Positions 26,707-40,263 of a DNA stretch of 64,000 nt are shown piece by piece. The notes beneath the pieces are model-generated. The model saw only the letters and a list, made by a program, of their open reading frames with translations. It had not been told where the DNA came from and ran no database searches. The stretch is from positions 69,115,418 through 69,179,417 of the forward strand of contig NC_057726.1 of NCBI RefSeq assembly GCF_004010195.1, in the 5' to 3' direction. The stretch comes from Chiloscyllium plagiosum (lineage: Eukaryota). The position numbers and the translations under genes are program-made. Position 1 is the stretch's first letter. Every line of letters starts with the position of its first letter.

Positions 26707-27010
26707 ATTAGAATCCCTACACTGTAGAAACAGGCCGATCAGTCCAGCAAGTCAAAACCGACTCTCCAAAGAGTAACCCACTGCTCTACCTACCTAACCT
26801 ACCCTGACCTGAATAATATGGAGAACTGTTGCATGGACCAATTCACCTAACCTGCACATCTTTGGGGTGCGGGACGAAACCGGAGCAAACCCACGCAGAC
26901 AGGGGGAAAATGTTCAAACTCCACACAGACTGTCGCCTGAGGCCAGAATCGAGCCCGAATCTGTGGCGCTGTGAAGCACCAGTCTACGCTAATCACTGAG
27001 CCACCATGCC
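26707..27010 (-). mobile_element. HE1/V-SINE-type SINE (older copy)
   Basis: Diverged SINE consensus. Confidence 0.85.
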
Positions 27011-27814
27011 TTCTATGAACTGGGCAATGCGTCGGAAATCGGCCTAAAGCTGGAAGCGAACCTGGTGCACAAATGATAATCAATTTCGAACACACACCTT
27101 TAATCTTTCAACCTTGCAGTGCGATGACATATCCAGGATGACAGTTCCAGGAATGTGTTTAACGAAAATTAAAATTGCATGGTACAACATGCTACTCAAA
27201 ACATGCAATTTCTTCATCATTTCATAATGTGTTAGTCAGTTGAGACGCTATCATAAATTCAGAAGTTGTGAGAGGGCAGTAATGCCATGGATGACGTGGT
27301 CACGATCAGATCAAACGATAAACCAACCTGTATGATGCACTGATAATGCAGAGTCAAAAGCAAACTTTTTTTTAGTCATAACTTGAAACTTTTATGATTG
27401 ACTGCAATGGATTTTATTCCAATTCTGTTTCTTTATAATCGCTTTACCAGCTAATGACGTTACAAACTTTTGTTATCGTCAACGGGATATACTGTATCCT
27501 GTATATTAAAAAGAGGACAGACACGTATTTTGTGCCTTTCTAAAATGGCTGACCTTTTAAATTTCGCAATATTATCATAGACCAATGGCCGTTATAAGGC
27601 ATTGAGAACTTATGCAATGTGTTTTTGATTGACTCATTGAAAGGTGTTGTGCCATAATTAGCTCCTGCTTCATCTTGAACAACATATAGTTTGTAAAAGA
27701 GATGAAAGGCCATTGTGGTTGACATTATTTATTGACTCATAAGTGTATCAGAAACAAGCCAAAGTTGGAAACTTTCACAAATTTGGAAGATTATGAAGCT
27801 TGATAAAGAAAATA

Positions 27815-28056
27815 ATTCTGGCTGTATTAATGAAACTCGTAACGTGAAATCTACAGCATTTTTCAGGGTAGGAAAACGATACAGCCCAGATTGTGTTTGT
27901 TTGGAGGGAACCAAGATGCCATTTCTGTTATCAAGGTGGACAGTGGAACCATACGACGGTTAATTTGAATTCTTTTTTTAAAACGTGTCCTGGTGAAACT
28001 CGTGACAAGAGGCTGACTGTTCGACTGCAAACACTGATAGAGAACAGTTACATCTG
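27815..28056 (-). pseudogene. Highly degenerate V-set exon relic
   Basis: Across frames and in correct strand order: ADVTVLYQ, SVFAVE, TVSLLSRVSP, LTVVWFH, DFTLRVSLIQPE. F and G strands are absent. Confidence 0.45.
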
Positions 28057-30876
28057 CTTGAGAGTAAAGTGTCACCATTTAATTGATTTCCTTAAAGATG
28101 TGAGAGGGGTGCAGTTACTAATGTGGCAGGTGACAAGGCTTGAAAGCTTCGCAGGGGAAAAAAAGGCATTTTCTGCCACAGATTTTCATCTTGCACTCAT
28201 CAGAACTATTTGCAAGAATGCCACTTCAAGGGGAAAACCAACATTTATACCGGATGAGAGGAGTGCTGATTAGTCGTCAATTGTTCACGGACTGGTGTAG
28301 ATGTTGTCATGGAATTGCTATGCCAACCACAAATATTGAATGACAGTTAACAGTTAGGCTTCAAAAACTGCGAATCCAGGCAGATTGGTACGAACTGAAA
28401 TCGAAAAATCGCACAACACCAGGTTATAGTCCAACAGGTTTATTTGAAATCTCTGAGAAATCGGCCAACAAAATCTTCCAATACTTTGTTCATTTGTGCA
28501 TTGTATGTGCACATATTCTTTCTGCCTGCAATGAACAATGCGCTATGTATCAATGGATATGTAAAGCTTTGAGTCCACAGAAGTGCACCAGCGAGTCTTT
28601 GCCTGCTGAGTCACCTGTTTAATGTTTTGTATCGTATGAAAACGTGAACTTGATATATAAACTTGAATGAGTTAAATCAAACTTGGAAAGTCATAATCAA
28701 AATGTCAAAATTTGTAGTACAATTTATAGCCCATGAATCAATACCCATGTAATGCTGTTGGAAATAAAGTTGAATGAAGTGTTGGAATAATTATGAATTC
28801 AGCTGTAATGATTTGATTGTATGTCATTCAGTAAATAAGATCAAGGATCTTCATAATCCATTCATATTGCTTTACATGCGTTTGATTTACATTTCTGTTG
28901 TTCATATATATATATATATATCAACATGGCATTACAGTGTAATTACTGAGAAAATTCTGAAGGAAATGAATATCAAGTTTCTTACAGTACACAAATATAT
29001 CATAACATTAAAGTATATTGCTGTCCGAATAAAGAAGGGGATATTCAGCCCTGCTGTCTTCTTAAAACTATTCATAAAACGCACGCTATTATCAACATTC
29101 ATTGTGCACTCAATCCGATAGGTGTATAAAGGTGTATAAATGCACCTTAAGGTGTATAAATGCCAGGTCTATGCGGATTGGTGTATGCACCTTAACTGTC
29201 AGATTTCTCTGGTTTGATCTGAAAAACAAAACTTTTTATTATGAGGATCTGTTTTAAACGACTATTCAAAAATCTGTTTAAGTGGTTTATATTCAAAGTG
29301 GTCAGAGTATCACAGACGTTAATGTTTTCGTTGATAAAGCTACCAAAACAATGAAATATTTTCACAGTCAAGAATGATGAAGAATGTTGGTGCTCTGAAA
29401 GTACAACCAATTACTCCAACTGACTTATCCCTTCTCCAAGTCACTGCAATTTTGCCCTGGAATTGACAGTCTCTTTAGAAGATTACCATTATAACTGCTT
29501 TCTCGAAATTTGTGAATAATGTATTGCAGATCAAGAGATGGAAAAACCAAGAATTTAATCATTTCATCCTGCTGCTTATTTGAAATCTTTGCGATCCGAT
29601 CGAAGGTTACCCGTGTACTAAAGTATATTTTGTCCTATCTACATCATCAAAGGCATCATAGCATAATTTCCTTTTACCCTTACTTTTATATAAAGGGTAT
29701 CAATTTCTGTGTTTTCTACTGTTGGCTGGGAGAAACAAAATCTTCTTAAGATCATATAAGTGAATTTCCAATACACATTTTTCACTGCAGATTGAATTTC
29801 CATTAGAAACAATAGCAATGCAGAACGCAACTTTGGGCGAAATCTGGGATCCCATCTTTCGCAGGAAGTGTCATTTCTCCTGCACCTTACGGATGGAGCG
29901 CGGGCCTAATTGAACAAATGGGGCAAAGCTCACGTTCGGAACACAAGAGGAGAACGACAAACACCAGAAAGAGTTTTTTTTTAATTGCCTGCACATGTCC
30001 GTTCTAGTTTATGTCCGTTCTAGTGTATTCAACACATTAAGGCTGTTGCCTGAAATAACTATCGGAAGTAGGATGAATAATAATTGGTTGTTTATCTAAT
30101 GGCGCCAATATTCCTTGATTTTTTTTTAAACAAGCAGTACAATATCGGATGTCTTTACAATTTAGTGATGATTGGTGATTTCAGAAGCTGTTTTCTTTTT
30201 CTTAATATCTGTTTCTCCCGATCTATTAACGTATTATTAACAACCTCTTAATGTTCTGGACGTGATATGGGTTGAATTCAGTCTTCGAAATCAAACTGTT
30301 TAGTTCATAATCTTTCTTCCTATTATGGATTTTGTTGAAGTTTAAAGAATTCTTGCGGTGTTTACACAGCTTTGATGTACTCTGGAGCACTGTGCACGTT
30401 TGGCTGTCTTCTTTACAGTAACGACCGGAGCAATATTTCAGGGAAATTGGTAACCTGCAGTGCAAGCGTACCTGTAAGTTTTGTGTGAAGTTGTGTTCTT
30501 CGCTCATTATTCTTCCACCTAAAATGCTTGAATAAACCATTTTCTGAAGTGAACTGTACCTTCTCCATCTTCCATCATCTCTGTATTCTATTTGATAAAC
30601 ATTGGGTCTAAAAGCATTGACCTTAATGGGCCTTGCTACAGACATTCCTCCAGTCAAAAAAAAGTCTATTTGTGAGTTCTTTCTTAAAATGACTATTTCA
30701 AATGCTACCAAATCATCTAGTAATTAATTTATTGGATTCCAAGGTTTAATGCACTTTAATATATTCAAACATGAAATGTCAGTTTGCATTGCATTAACTT
30801 TTATTACATGTTATTTTTCTTTAGTTGGATTTTAAAAATATCAGCCGCACCTGAGTTTAACTTGCATTAACTTCCT

Positions 30877-30951
30877 TCACAGGCTTCTCCCCGAGCCTGT
30901 GATATCCAAATCTGTGTAAACCTTGTTATTCTCTGTCATTCATTGTTTCGT
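30877..30951 (-). CDS. Gene B terminal exon, premature TGA before YxxL
   Basis: tttacag|TKQ*MTENNKVYTDLDITGSGRSL*; aligns with gene A TKQSMTDSKLYIALKFNDS. Confidence 0.8.
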
Positions 30952-31167
30952 CTGTAAACAGCAATATTTGGGTTGAAGTCTGACACTCTGAAATGCAGCT
31001 TCTGCTTTGTTGGGTAACAATAAGTGAAGTGAACAAATGGCTGTGAAATATCACGTTTCCTGCTCATTCATTGTTCCGCAGTTGATTTGCCAACATTTTG
31101 TCTGTTTTTGCGCGAAAAATAAGCCAATGCATTTTGCAGTATCTGTGTCAATTATTGGCAATGTAAA

Positions 31168-31890
31168 ATAGAACATAGAACAGTACAACACAGTACAGGC
31201 TCTTCGGCCCTTGATGTTGTGTTGACCTTTTATCCTTCTCAAGGATCAACTAACTACGTACTCTTCATTTACTGTAATCGATGTGCCTATCCAAGAGTCG
31301 CTAAAATGTCCTCTATTTATCTGACTACTACCACTGTGTAAATAACCGACCTTTGACATCTCCCCTAAACCTTCCTCCATTCATCTTAAAATTATACCCC
31401 CTTGTTCCGCCCTTCGAGAAAAATCTCTGACTATTCACTCTATCTATGCCTCTCATCATCTTGTACACCTCTATCAAGTCACCTCTCACCCTTCTTCGCT
31501 CCCATGAGAAAAGCCTTAGCTCCTTCAAACTTTCTTCATAAGACATGCTCTCCATTCCAGGCAGCAGCCTTGTAAATCTCCTCTGCACTATCTATAAAGC
31601 TTCCACAGCCTTCCTATCATGAGTCGACCAGAAGTGGACGCAGTATTCCAACAGTGTTCTAACCAGAGTTCTATAGAGCTGTAACATAACCTCGCGGGTC
31701 TTAAACTCAATGCCCCTGCTAATGAAAGCCAACACACCATATGTTTTCTTAACAACCCTATCAACTTGGGTGGCAACTTTGACGGATCTATGAACATGGA
31801 GCCAAAGGTCCCTCTGTTCCTCTACACTGTCAAGAATCGTGTCTTTAACCCTGTATTCTACATTCAAATCGACCTTCCAAAATGAATCCC
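31168..31890 (-). mobile_element. CR1 3' fragment in the last intron of gene B
   Basis: EEQRDL, LEYCVHFWS and RRRVRGDLIEVYK motifs. Confidence 0.93.
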
Positions 31891-32703
31891 ATGTCGCTTT
31901 TGTTCTGTAAATAGCGCAGGTTTAACTATTAGTTTCTTACTTGCAATTGTAGACGGTATTACAAGATTTGACTCCATTCATTCTTAAGATGCAGTATTAA
32001 CGTCCTGAATGTTCAACTCTTTCCAGATTACCTTAATCTTCAAGTTTTCGCATTAGGATCCGGTTCTGTCACATCATTTCTAATTCGGCCAACTGACTTT
32101 TTCATCATCAATAACTGACTGTTATTGAAGATTTACTTTTTTAGTTTCAATTTAATCATTTAATTCTGTATTACTTGAGGAATAGAATGGTTTTCTGTAT
32201 TTTTTGCCTCGTCCATGACTATAGATTCTCTTTATCCTTTCACCGTTGAGATGAAGGTTTTCTTTCTCAATGCTTGCCGGCCGTCTCCTAATTCTACTCC
32301 CTCATTCATCAATATATTTTGCTTAAGTTCCCATCACTGAAACATGTCATTCTGTCCAACAGATCATACCTTTGATTACATTCTATATCAAAAACCTTGG
32401 TAATTTTTCGCCTTACTGTCTCGTTAAGTCCCTTAGTCCTTTAACCTCAAGTAATTATTGTGGTCCTCTCAAACTATTAACTATATTCAAAATAATGTTG
32501 CTGATGTTTTTAACTTTTGACCCAACCGGTCCTTTGCAACCTGTCGTCTGCACTAAATGACATTATTATACCGTCAAATGTTATCTAATTTTAACATACC
32601 TTTTTAGACTTGCAAACATGCAGGGAATTGACACAATGGTAAAGAGATCGCTTTTTGGAAATGCCAGCCCAAACAGCTTAAATAGTTGCTGCCAGTGGCC
32701 TAC

Positions 32704-32747
32704 CTGCTCATTGCGCTGATTGCACTCTTTCAGTTTTCTGCGTGTTC
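32704..32747 (-). CDS. Gene B cytoplasmic exon 1
   Basis: ctcatttag|GTRRKLKECNQRNEQ|gtaggc; 44 nt, phase 1-0. Confidence 0.8.
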
Positions 32748-33344
32748 CTAAATGAGAAGTAAATCAGACAAAATGTACTTTAATTCTGTTGCAACTACGC
32801 ATGAAAATGTTACAAATAATATCACAGGCACTTGCTCCAAAAGCATCGGCGTCAAGAACAAATCCCATGATATAGATTGGTTAAAATCTGGACACAACTC
32901 GCAGGTTAAACTGTGAAACAATTTGTTGTATTTAATGTAAACCATGACATTAACATCAGTTAATGTTGCTGCAATCCCAAACTGAGAAGTCACAGAGAGG
33001 AGGGTGGAAATAGGCGGCATATAGAATTCTCGGTTCAGGCAGCAATTTAAACTTCCTTCTTCCTGTGCAGTGCCGAGTTGTGTTCCATCACCCAGAGAAC
33101 AGAGGAACATAGACCATGTGCAGACACATGAGATTCGTTTTTCATGGCATAATGATCGGCACCGACTTGATGAGCCGAAGGGCCTGCTGCTATACTGTGC
33201 AATTCTATGTTCTATGCTTCCATTTGAGTGATCCTACCAGTTGACGATATCATGAACTGATTCAGTGCCTTTAAATTGAAAATACCACGTGGAACAGCGT
33301 ACTTAATGAACATTATCTCCTGTTTTAACATTTAACATTCTTAC

Positions 33345-33446
33345 CGATTCGCATGAGTTTGCATGTCACTATGAGGAGGGAAATCAATCCAACTCCCAAA
33401 CAACGGAAAAACGTTAGAGAAGAGATGTTATTGTTCCCGACATGAT
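33345..33446 (-). CDS. Gene B transmembrane exon
   Basis: ttcacag|DHVGNNNISSLTFFRCLGVGLISLLIVTCKLMRI G|gtaaga; 102 nt, phase 1-1. Confidence 0.85.
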
Positions 33447-34794
33447 CTGTGAAGATAACAGTAATTTCAACACGTTCACAGCATGACCGAATAGTAATAA
33501 ATCCCACATCATTCCAGCGGTTACTCGTCTTTTTAGATTAGGAAGAATAATTTTGATCACGTTTAAGCTTTGTGCTATCGAGATACTGACATATTTCGTC
33601 TGACAATTCTGGTTTGGCATCTAAAGTCACTGCAAGAAAACAAATTGTATCCAGGGGGTTTTGGCCTGATCATTTACACATCAATTCGCAGTCTCACTTT
33701 TGCTTGCGCCATCCAATCCGTTCAAGGAAAACATTGACTTGAGCAAAGAGCTGTGGATCTGAAATATGAAAATAATGGGGAGGCAAAAATCATCTGCTCG
33801 AAATCGTCAGCAAAGCTGAAGCAACTGCCAAGAAAGAAATGTCTAACGTCATTTAGACATGTAGATCCACGACATTCCGCCATGTGAAAATAAAGTTCCT
33901 TAATTTCAGTCTATTTGATCTATATTATGTTTAAATACTTGCATGAAATATGGGGTGGTTCCAAACTGGACGAGCATAAAGCGCTGGGAATAGTCAGCAT
34001 CCGGAAAATTGTACTCCATTACAATTTGTAGATTCAGCTACTCCATTCAGGGGAAAAAAAATCAAGCCTGGGTATCAACTCTGAGCCAATAGGAATTAAC
34101 AGAAGCAGCATATTCATGGTTAAAAATAATGCATCCAACAGATGACATTACAACAACGTACCAAGGATGGGGTTAATTAATCCCCAACGAACAAATCAGA
34201 CAACATTATGCAGTCATGGTACAACGAAGGATTAATAATGGTGGGGAAGAAAATAACCACTTGACGCAGAGTCATCAACAACAGCACCATTCTCAAAACC
34301 CCACGCACTGATGTTAGGCACAGTGTCTCCGAATTGCACTGTGCTCCAGAGTCATGATAAGCTTTATCCAAAACTGGATGTTAGAGCTGAATCGCAAATG
34401 CGAAGGCAACGAGTCTGACCTTAGAATAGGGGGTTTATTTCATCGAGAAGGACTTCAGGAGATCGCACAAAATCCAACGGTAATACTTGAACGGGCGAAC
34501 GTAGCTACCCCGCCCCCCCCCCCACTGGTATTTGTAGGACAAAGGAGTGAGGTTATTTTTGTCGGAGGCGAATCTGTTTAACTGCAGAATATAACAGTTG
34601 TACGTCCTCAACCCAGTGTTTTTGAAATAAGCATCTTAAACTGTTGCATCAATGACTTAATTCCCATTATTATGTCAGTTCGCTGGCAATTTCTAAAATG
34701 CACTACTACCTTTAGATATTGAATCCTTTAATGTCTAAATGCAGAAGTATTTGGAAAGCATTCAGGTTTGAGTAAGATGTGGCATGTATCATTC

Positions 34795-35105
34795 ATCTTT
34801 GAAGAAGTGACGAAGTTGATTTATGGGGGAAGGGCAGTAGATGTCATAAACAATGACTTCAGTAAAGGGTTTGATAAGGTTCCCCTCAGTCGGCTGATGG
34901 AGAAAGCCTACTGTTCCAGGGCGTGCTAGCTACTGGGTAGGGAACTGTCTGGAGAGCAGCTGACAGTAGCAGAGGAAAGAAGTTTCTCAAAATGGAGGAG
35001 AGTGACCAGTAATATTCCACAGGGATTCGTGTTGGGACTGCTGTTGTTTGTGATGTACATAAATGATCGGCAGGTAGGTATAGGTAATCTGATTAGCAAG
35101 TTTCC
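34795..35105 (+). mobile_element. CR1 RT fragment
   Basis: DFSKGFDKVP and PQGFVLG motifs. Confidence 0.75.
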
Positions 35106-35781
35106 CTTAGTTTAAATATCTCGACTCTCAGGGGAATAACCACCATTAATATTCTGTATTATTATTGACCACGAATTGAGTTAGAACTATTGACTGCCCT
35201 ATAAACGCTGTGACAGACGAAACCAGGTACACCTTGGAAATGGGAATACCACAGCTAGAAACTCAATTCCGGACTCCCCCAAATCCTGTCCTTCAACTGC
35301 AATGAACAGTCAACAAGTGTGACAGAACCCTTTCCGTTTGTCAACTTGTGAATCAGCAACAAATAAGCATCTGTAATTCATCCAGGACGATTGAACAGCA
35401 TCCCATCGATCACCTTATACAGTAACACCCATTACATTCAGCAAAGAGCTTAACAGAATTAAGCTATTCAGTTCGTGAAATCTACCTTGACATTTCACAA
35501 TACCATGGCTGATCTGCTTTTGGTCTGAATTTAATATTCTAATCTACCCTAGCTAGCGCTGACTGCATTGTCTATCAGAAAACAATCAAATTGCGCCTGA
35601 GATGTATTAAATGAGACAGCATCACATTCTGGGAAATTAAGTCCACACACTAAGCCCTCCACAGATCCGTCTTAAATGTAAAACCTCAAGTTCTCAAACG
35701 GTGTTCCACACGTTTGTCTTTACTAAAAGTGAAAACATCCTTCCGAATTCGGCCAAATCTAATCAGGACGTTGCTGTTTAT

Positions 35782-36890
35782 ATAGAACATAGAACATAGA
35801 AGAATACAGCGCAGTACAGGCCCTTCGGCCCTCGATGTTGCGCCGATCCAAGCCCACCTAACCTACACTAGCCCACTATCCTCCATATGCCTATCCAATG
35901 CCCGCTTAAATGCCCATAATGAGGGAGAGTCCACCACTGCTACTGGCAGAGCATTCCATGAACTCACGACTCACTGAGTAAAGAACCTACCNNNNNNNNN
36001 NNNNNNNNNNNNNNNNNNNNNNNNNNNNNNNNNNNNNNNNNNNNNNNNNNNNNNNNNNNNNNNNNNNNNNNNNNNNNNNNNNNNNNNNNNNNNNNNNNNN
36101 NNNNNNNNNNNNNNNNNNNNNNNNNNNNNNNNNNNNNNNNNNNNNNNNNNNNNNNNNNNNNNNNNNNNNNNNNNNNNNNNNNNNNNNNNNNNNNNNNNNN
36201 NNNNNNNNNNNNNNNNNNNNNNNNNNNNNNNNNNNNNNNNNNNNNNNNNNNNNNNNNNNNNNNNNNNNNNNNNNNNNNNNNNNNNNNNNNNNNNNNNNNN
36301 NNNNNNNNNNNNNNNNNNNNNNNNNNNNNNNNNNNNNNNNNNNNNNNNNNNNNNNNNNNNNNNNNNNNNNNNNNNNNNNNNNNNNNNNNNNNNNNNNNNN
36401 NNNNNNNNNNNNNNNNNNNNNNNNNNNNNNNNNNNNNNNNNNNNNNNNNNNNNNNNNNNNNNNNNNNNNNNNNNNNNNNNNNNNNNNNNNNNNNNNNNNN
36501 NNNNNNNNNNNNNNNNNNNNNNNNNNNNNNNNNNNNNNNNNNNNNNNNNNNNNNNNNNNNNNNNNNNNNNNNNNNNNNNNNNNNNNNNNNNNNNNNNNNN
36601 NNNNNNNNNNNNNNNNNNNNNNNNNNNNNNNNNNNNNNNNNNNNNNNNNNNNNNNNNNNNNNNNNNNNNNNNNNNNNNNNNNNNNNNNNNNNNCTTTCCC
36701 CTCGTCCACCTCCTTCGTCACCTTCTCAAAGAATTCAATAAGGTTTGTGAGGCACGACCTGCCCTTCACAAAACCATGCTGACTCTCCTTGATCACATTA
36801 TTCCTATCCAGATGTTCATAAATCCTATCCCTTACAATTCTCTCTAAGACTTTGCCCACAACAGAAGTGAGAAGTGAGACTCACCGGCCT
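35782..36890 (-). mobile_element. Young CR1 LINE spanning an assembly gap
   Basis: (ttctatg)n tail and [30 protein letters not shown]; near-identical to the copy at 45074-47667. Confidence 0.93.
35992..36693. other. Assembly gap (N run)
   Basis: Run of n. Confidence 1.
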
Positions 36891-38766
36891 TTCAATCTAA
36901 TTAATTCTTATCCTTCTAAACTCAAATGGGTAAATCACCTTATCTCGTGTGGTAACCGTTTTAATCAGGAATTAGTTGACTGGACATTATCTGAGCTGAT
37001 TTTAAAGCAATTGTACACTTTTTCCACTGTGGAGACTAAAATTCAAAATACAGTCTGACAAGTCAAGAAAAATCCCTGACGCTGCAACCACTCCTACCCC
37101 CTGCACCCATGCACATCACCACACAAAGCACCACTTTTTTTATGCTCTGTTCCCCGTTCAATTAAAGCCGAAATACTTTTGGCCTTCCTAAAGACTTCCT
37201 TTGCCATGGAAACACATTAGACTGTAGTGAGCACAATCTACATAAGGCACTGCGACAACTCGTGTTATCTGGTTCAAGAACATCTTTCAAATTCACATTC
37301 CTTACACCTAGCATAGACATTGGGAAGAGATAGGAAACATTTACGTTGGGAAGGCCATTACGTTCCAGTGTGTGCCGCCAATTCAAACATAATTGAGACT
37401 GGGATCTAATCACTGTTCATTTTAGAGTCAGTATAACGGACCTTTTATTTGCTGCACAGCACCTCGGGTATGGGGTAAACAGGCAGCAAAGGCAAAATCT
37501 GAGCCAACGGTCTCATTGGCAAGGGAAATGAAGTCAGGATACATTCAGGTCATGGAAGAAAAATAGCCTTTCCTGGAAAGAAAAGAAATTGAAAAGGAAA
37601 ATTTTAAACCGGAAATGACTTTTCTGAATGGAGAGTCGTCCCTGATATTTCTACAGTAGGCTAAATAGTTCCATGACAGGGAAAAGCGAGTGTCACATCT
37701 GAAACATGAATTAGTCCTCCCTTTGCATGGAACTGATAGCTGTACAAATAGGCTTCATATCAAACGCTGTCAAGTCTGAGTATTCATATCGACTTGTCTG
37801 ATTTGGATTCAGGCATTTTCTAGTGCAGGCTGTTATTAAAACTCGACATTTCGTCTTTGCTCAAAATGAGCTGCTGCAATTGCCATATCCAGTGTTAAGC
37901 TTTCGAATAATATAATAATATTATATTATTAGGAAGTCGAGAAAAAGCCACACTGAAAGGTTATTACCAAAGTTATCCCCCTCCCCAACACTCCCCCCCC
38001 CCCCCCCCCCTTAACTTTGCAGCTAGAATTCGAACTTGATTACTATAACCGAGCCCTGGGCACTCTGAGGCTAACCTCTGATGATGCAATTGCCGAAGAG
38101 TGGAAAAGCTTTTTTTACATATAGAAAGCTGAGACTTTGAAACGAATACACCAGGTCGATATCTGTATCTGAGAGGATGAGAAACTTTGCTAATATATTT
38201 TTTAGAAGATGAATTCTTTTCAATTTCCCATGAAACTTACAACTTTCATAGATTTTCAATACAGACGAACAGTGGTTGGGGATTGACTCATAACTAACAT
38301 CAACTGCAAGTACTTGTCTCCACAATGGCCCTTAATAACCTTTCCTAATGAGACGCACCAAACTTAAATTTCAAAATGATGGACTCGTACCAAGTTAATC
38401 TGTGATCTAATCGATCGGGCAAATAATAACCAATGGGTGTAAAAATGACTCATGCGTGGTATTCCTGGGTGTCAGCTAATGTTTGAATGACATTGAATCA
38501 TACAAGTCTGCAGCACAGTGAAAAAGCTGTTAAGTCACTCATCATGCCCGCCCTTGTCAAAAATTGCCACCTCATCACTCTCATCCCATTTCCCAGCAGC
38601 TGGCATCGCAAAAGGAAATCTAAATACTTCTAAGATGTTTTGAGGATATCTGTCTGTACCGCCCTTCCAGGCAACCAGTTCTAGATTCCCACCACCCTTT
38701 GGGTGAAACAAACATTTTCCTCACATCTCCTCTCTACTTTTAATCGATGTCTCCCTGCTCAATAAT

Positions 38767-39977
38767 CCCTGTATCAAGGGGAAAAAATGTCTTCCTGTCT
38801 ACCCTATCTTCGCTCCTCATAATTTTATACATCTCAATCATGTCACATCTCCATTTCTTCTGCTCGAAGGAAAACATACGAAGTCTGTCCAATCTCCATT
38901 CATAAGCGAAACTGTCCAGTCCAGGCAACATCCTGGTAGATCTCTTCTGCAATCTCCCCAGCCCGATAACATCGCTGGTGTAATATCGATTCAGAACTGT
39001 CCACAATACTCGAGCAGTGGCTTCAACAACGGTTCAGACAGTTCCACTACAGCCTCCCCTCTCTTAAACTCATGTCTCCACTAAGAACAGCAAGTATCCT
39101 AAATATTTTCTTAACCACGTTTTCCAACTGCACTAATACATTCAGGAACCGGCTGAAAATGTGCAACAAGCTCCCTCTGATTCCAAGTTCCTACCGCTCA
39201 ACATGTCCTGTATCCCCTTGCCCGTTAGTCCATCCCAAATACGTCACCTCACATTATCCAGGCCATTGGACCCACACCCCTCTATCCTCTTTCAATTTTC
39301 TCTTATTCTTCAACTATAAAAATAGCGCCGGATTATGGCAACAAATGGCAGCTTTTCGTTGCATTTTATTGCCCTGTATCAAGGGGAAAAAATGTCTTCC
39401 TGTCTACCCTATCTTCGCTCCTCATAATTTTATACATCTCAATCATGTCACATCTCCATTTCTTCTGCTCGAAGGAAAACATACGAAGTCTGTCCAATCT
39501 CCATTCATAAGCAAAACTCTCCTGTCCTGGCAACAGCCTGGTAGATCTCTTCTGCAACCTCCCCAGCCCGATAACATCGCTGGTGTAATATCGATTTCAG
39601 AACTGTCCACAATACTCGAGCAGTGGCTTCAACAACGGTTCAGACAGTTCCACTACAGCCTCCCCTCTCTTAAACTCATGTCTCCACTAAGAACAGCAAG
39701 TATCCTAAATATTTTCTTAACCACGTTTTCCAATTGCACTGATACATTCAGGAACCGGCTGAAAATGCACAACAAGGTCCCTCTAATTCCAAGTTCATAC
39801 CGCTCAACATGTCCTGTATCCCCTTGCCCGTTAGTCCATCCCAAAGACGTCACGTCACATTTTCCAGGCCATTGAACCAACACCCCTCTATCCTCTTTCA
39901 ATTTTCTCTTATTCTTCAACTATAAAAATAGCGCCGGGTTATGGCAACAAATGGCAGCTTTTCGTTGCATTGTATTG
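38767..39977. repeat. ~605-bp tandem duplication of an old minus-strand CR1 fragment
   Basis: 38767-39371 and 39372-39977 are highly similar with scattered substitutions. Confidence 0.95.
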
Positions 39978-40263
39978 TATTCCATTCATTCTTGCAATCT
40001 GCGGTTATCCTCTTCATTAACTCACCCACCAAATTCTGTGTCATCTGAGAAGTTACTGATTCAAGTCTAAATCTTTTCTATAATCCACAAACAGCAAGGT
40101 ACCCCACACTCACCTCTCTGGGATAACCCTATAAAAATTGACGTTTAGTCGGATAAACACCCCTCACCCATCACAGTCTCTTGTTGCAAAGCGGGATTGG
40201 TGGTATGCTCATTTTCTAAGCAAATTAGAATACAACAAAATTAATATAATTGAATGAACCTAC

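Noticed and set aside
30226-30711. 161-aa minus ORF with YSSL-x4-YSSI (ITAM-like)
   Set aside because: The spacer is too short for an ITAM and no convincing phase-0 acceptor is present. The true terminal exon of gene B is identified by homology at 30951-30877.
34177-34371. Hydrophobic ORF as the TM exon of gene B
   Set aside because: Interrupted by charged residues and lacks good splice sites; 33446-33345 fits far better.
38071-38325. VSYESI ITIM-like motif
   Set aside because: Lies upstream of the TM exon in transcript order and has no in-frame acceptor.
39072-39875. 267-aa ORF with internal repeat
   Set aside because: Antisense reading of a duplicated CR1 fragment.
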